Below are positions 63,595 to 64,000 of a DNA stretch of 64,000 nt, piece by piece. Source of the DNA: Antedon mediterranea (lineage: Eukaryota > Animalia > Echinodermata); contig NC_092673.1 of the NCBI RefSeq assembly GCF_964355755.1, forward strand, positions 22,813,648 through 22,877,647, given 5' to 3'. The position numbers and the translations under genes were made by a program. The notes beneath the pieces are model-generated. The model was not told where the DNA came from, did not search any database, and worked only from the letters and a program-made list of their open reading frames with translations. How positions within the stretch are numbered: the first letter of the stretch is position 1; the number at the start of each line of letters is the position of its first letter.

Positions 63595-64000
63595 AACTAG
63601 ATTTAAACTCGTCACTACGGACGAGTTAGGTTATCCGCAGCGCAGACGCCACATGCACGTCATACGTTAGAATATGGCGCGCAGAAAAACGATTATGCCA
63701 TTGAAAAAATGTTAGTGCGCCCTCTATTTTGTGTCACGTCTATATATACAGTATACACTATACTGCACACGTACTACATACAGTTCAGAATAGGTGAAAA
63801 TAAGTGACCAAAGTTATTGACGCTTTTGAACATGATGACGTCATCACATTTTTTTAAACGGTAAATCATGCGAAAGATAATTGATTGACCTAGACAATAT
63901 AAAAAATGGAGGAAAATGGAATACGGATAAGTAGAGATGCGCTCTATTAAATGTGATGCGCTATGACGAAAGAGACAAAAATCCTATATTTTATATTCGA
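63595..64000 (-). mobile_element. HINE family-B-related copy, running off the window end
   Basis: aactag...aactcgtc-actacg-gacgagtt-aggttatccgc; body similar to the 43.4-44.2 kb copy. Confidence 0.8.

Overview
AT-rich, intron-containing animal (probably marine invertebrate) genomic DNA; nothing prokaryotic and no CRISPR. The window holds: (1) a large minus-strand PARP14-like macro-PARP gene, 16 phase-consistent exons between 62396 and 27945 with the 5' end outside the window. Its 4.7-kb exon carries four near-identical 1017-bp (339-aa) tandem units of KH-like domains, and its final catalytic exon could not be found. (2) The last three exons of a plus-strand GEMIN4-like gene (18028-19790). (3) A minus-strand two-Ig-domain membrane protein ORF (21749-22732) with upstream in-frame mini-exons and a triplicated ~419-bp promoter/first-exon unit (25.7-26.96 kb). 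(4) A decayed Ig-like paralog at 12.2-13.6 kb. (5) Many repeats: nested Helentron-type non-autonomous elements (HINE/DINE-1-like) in the PARP introns, Gypsy and RTE LINE remnants, tRNA- and 5S-headed Nin/Deu-domain SINEs, several MITEs, and two minisatellites. All homology calls come from motif recognition by eye; no searches were run.
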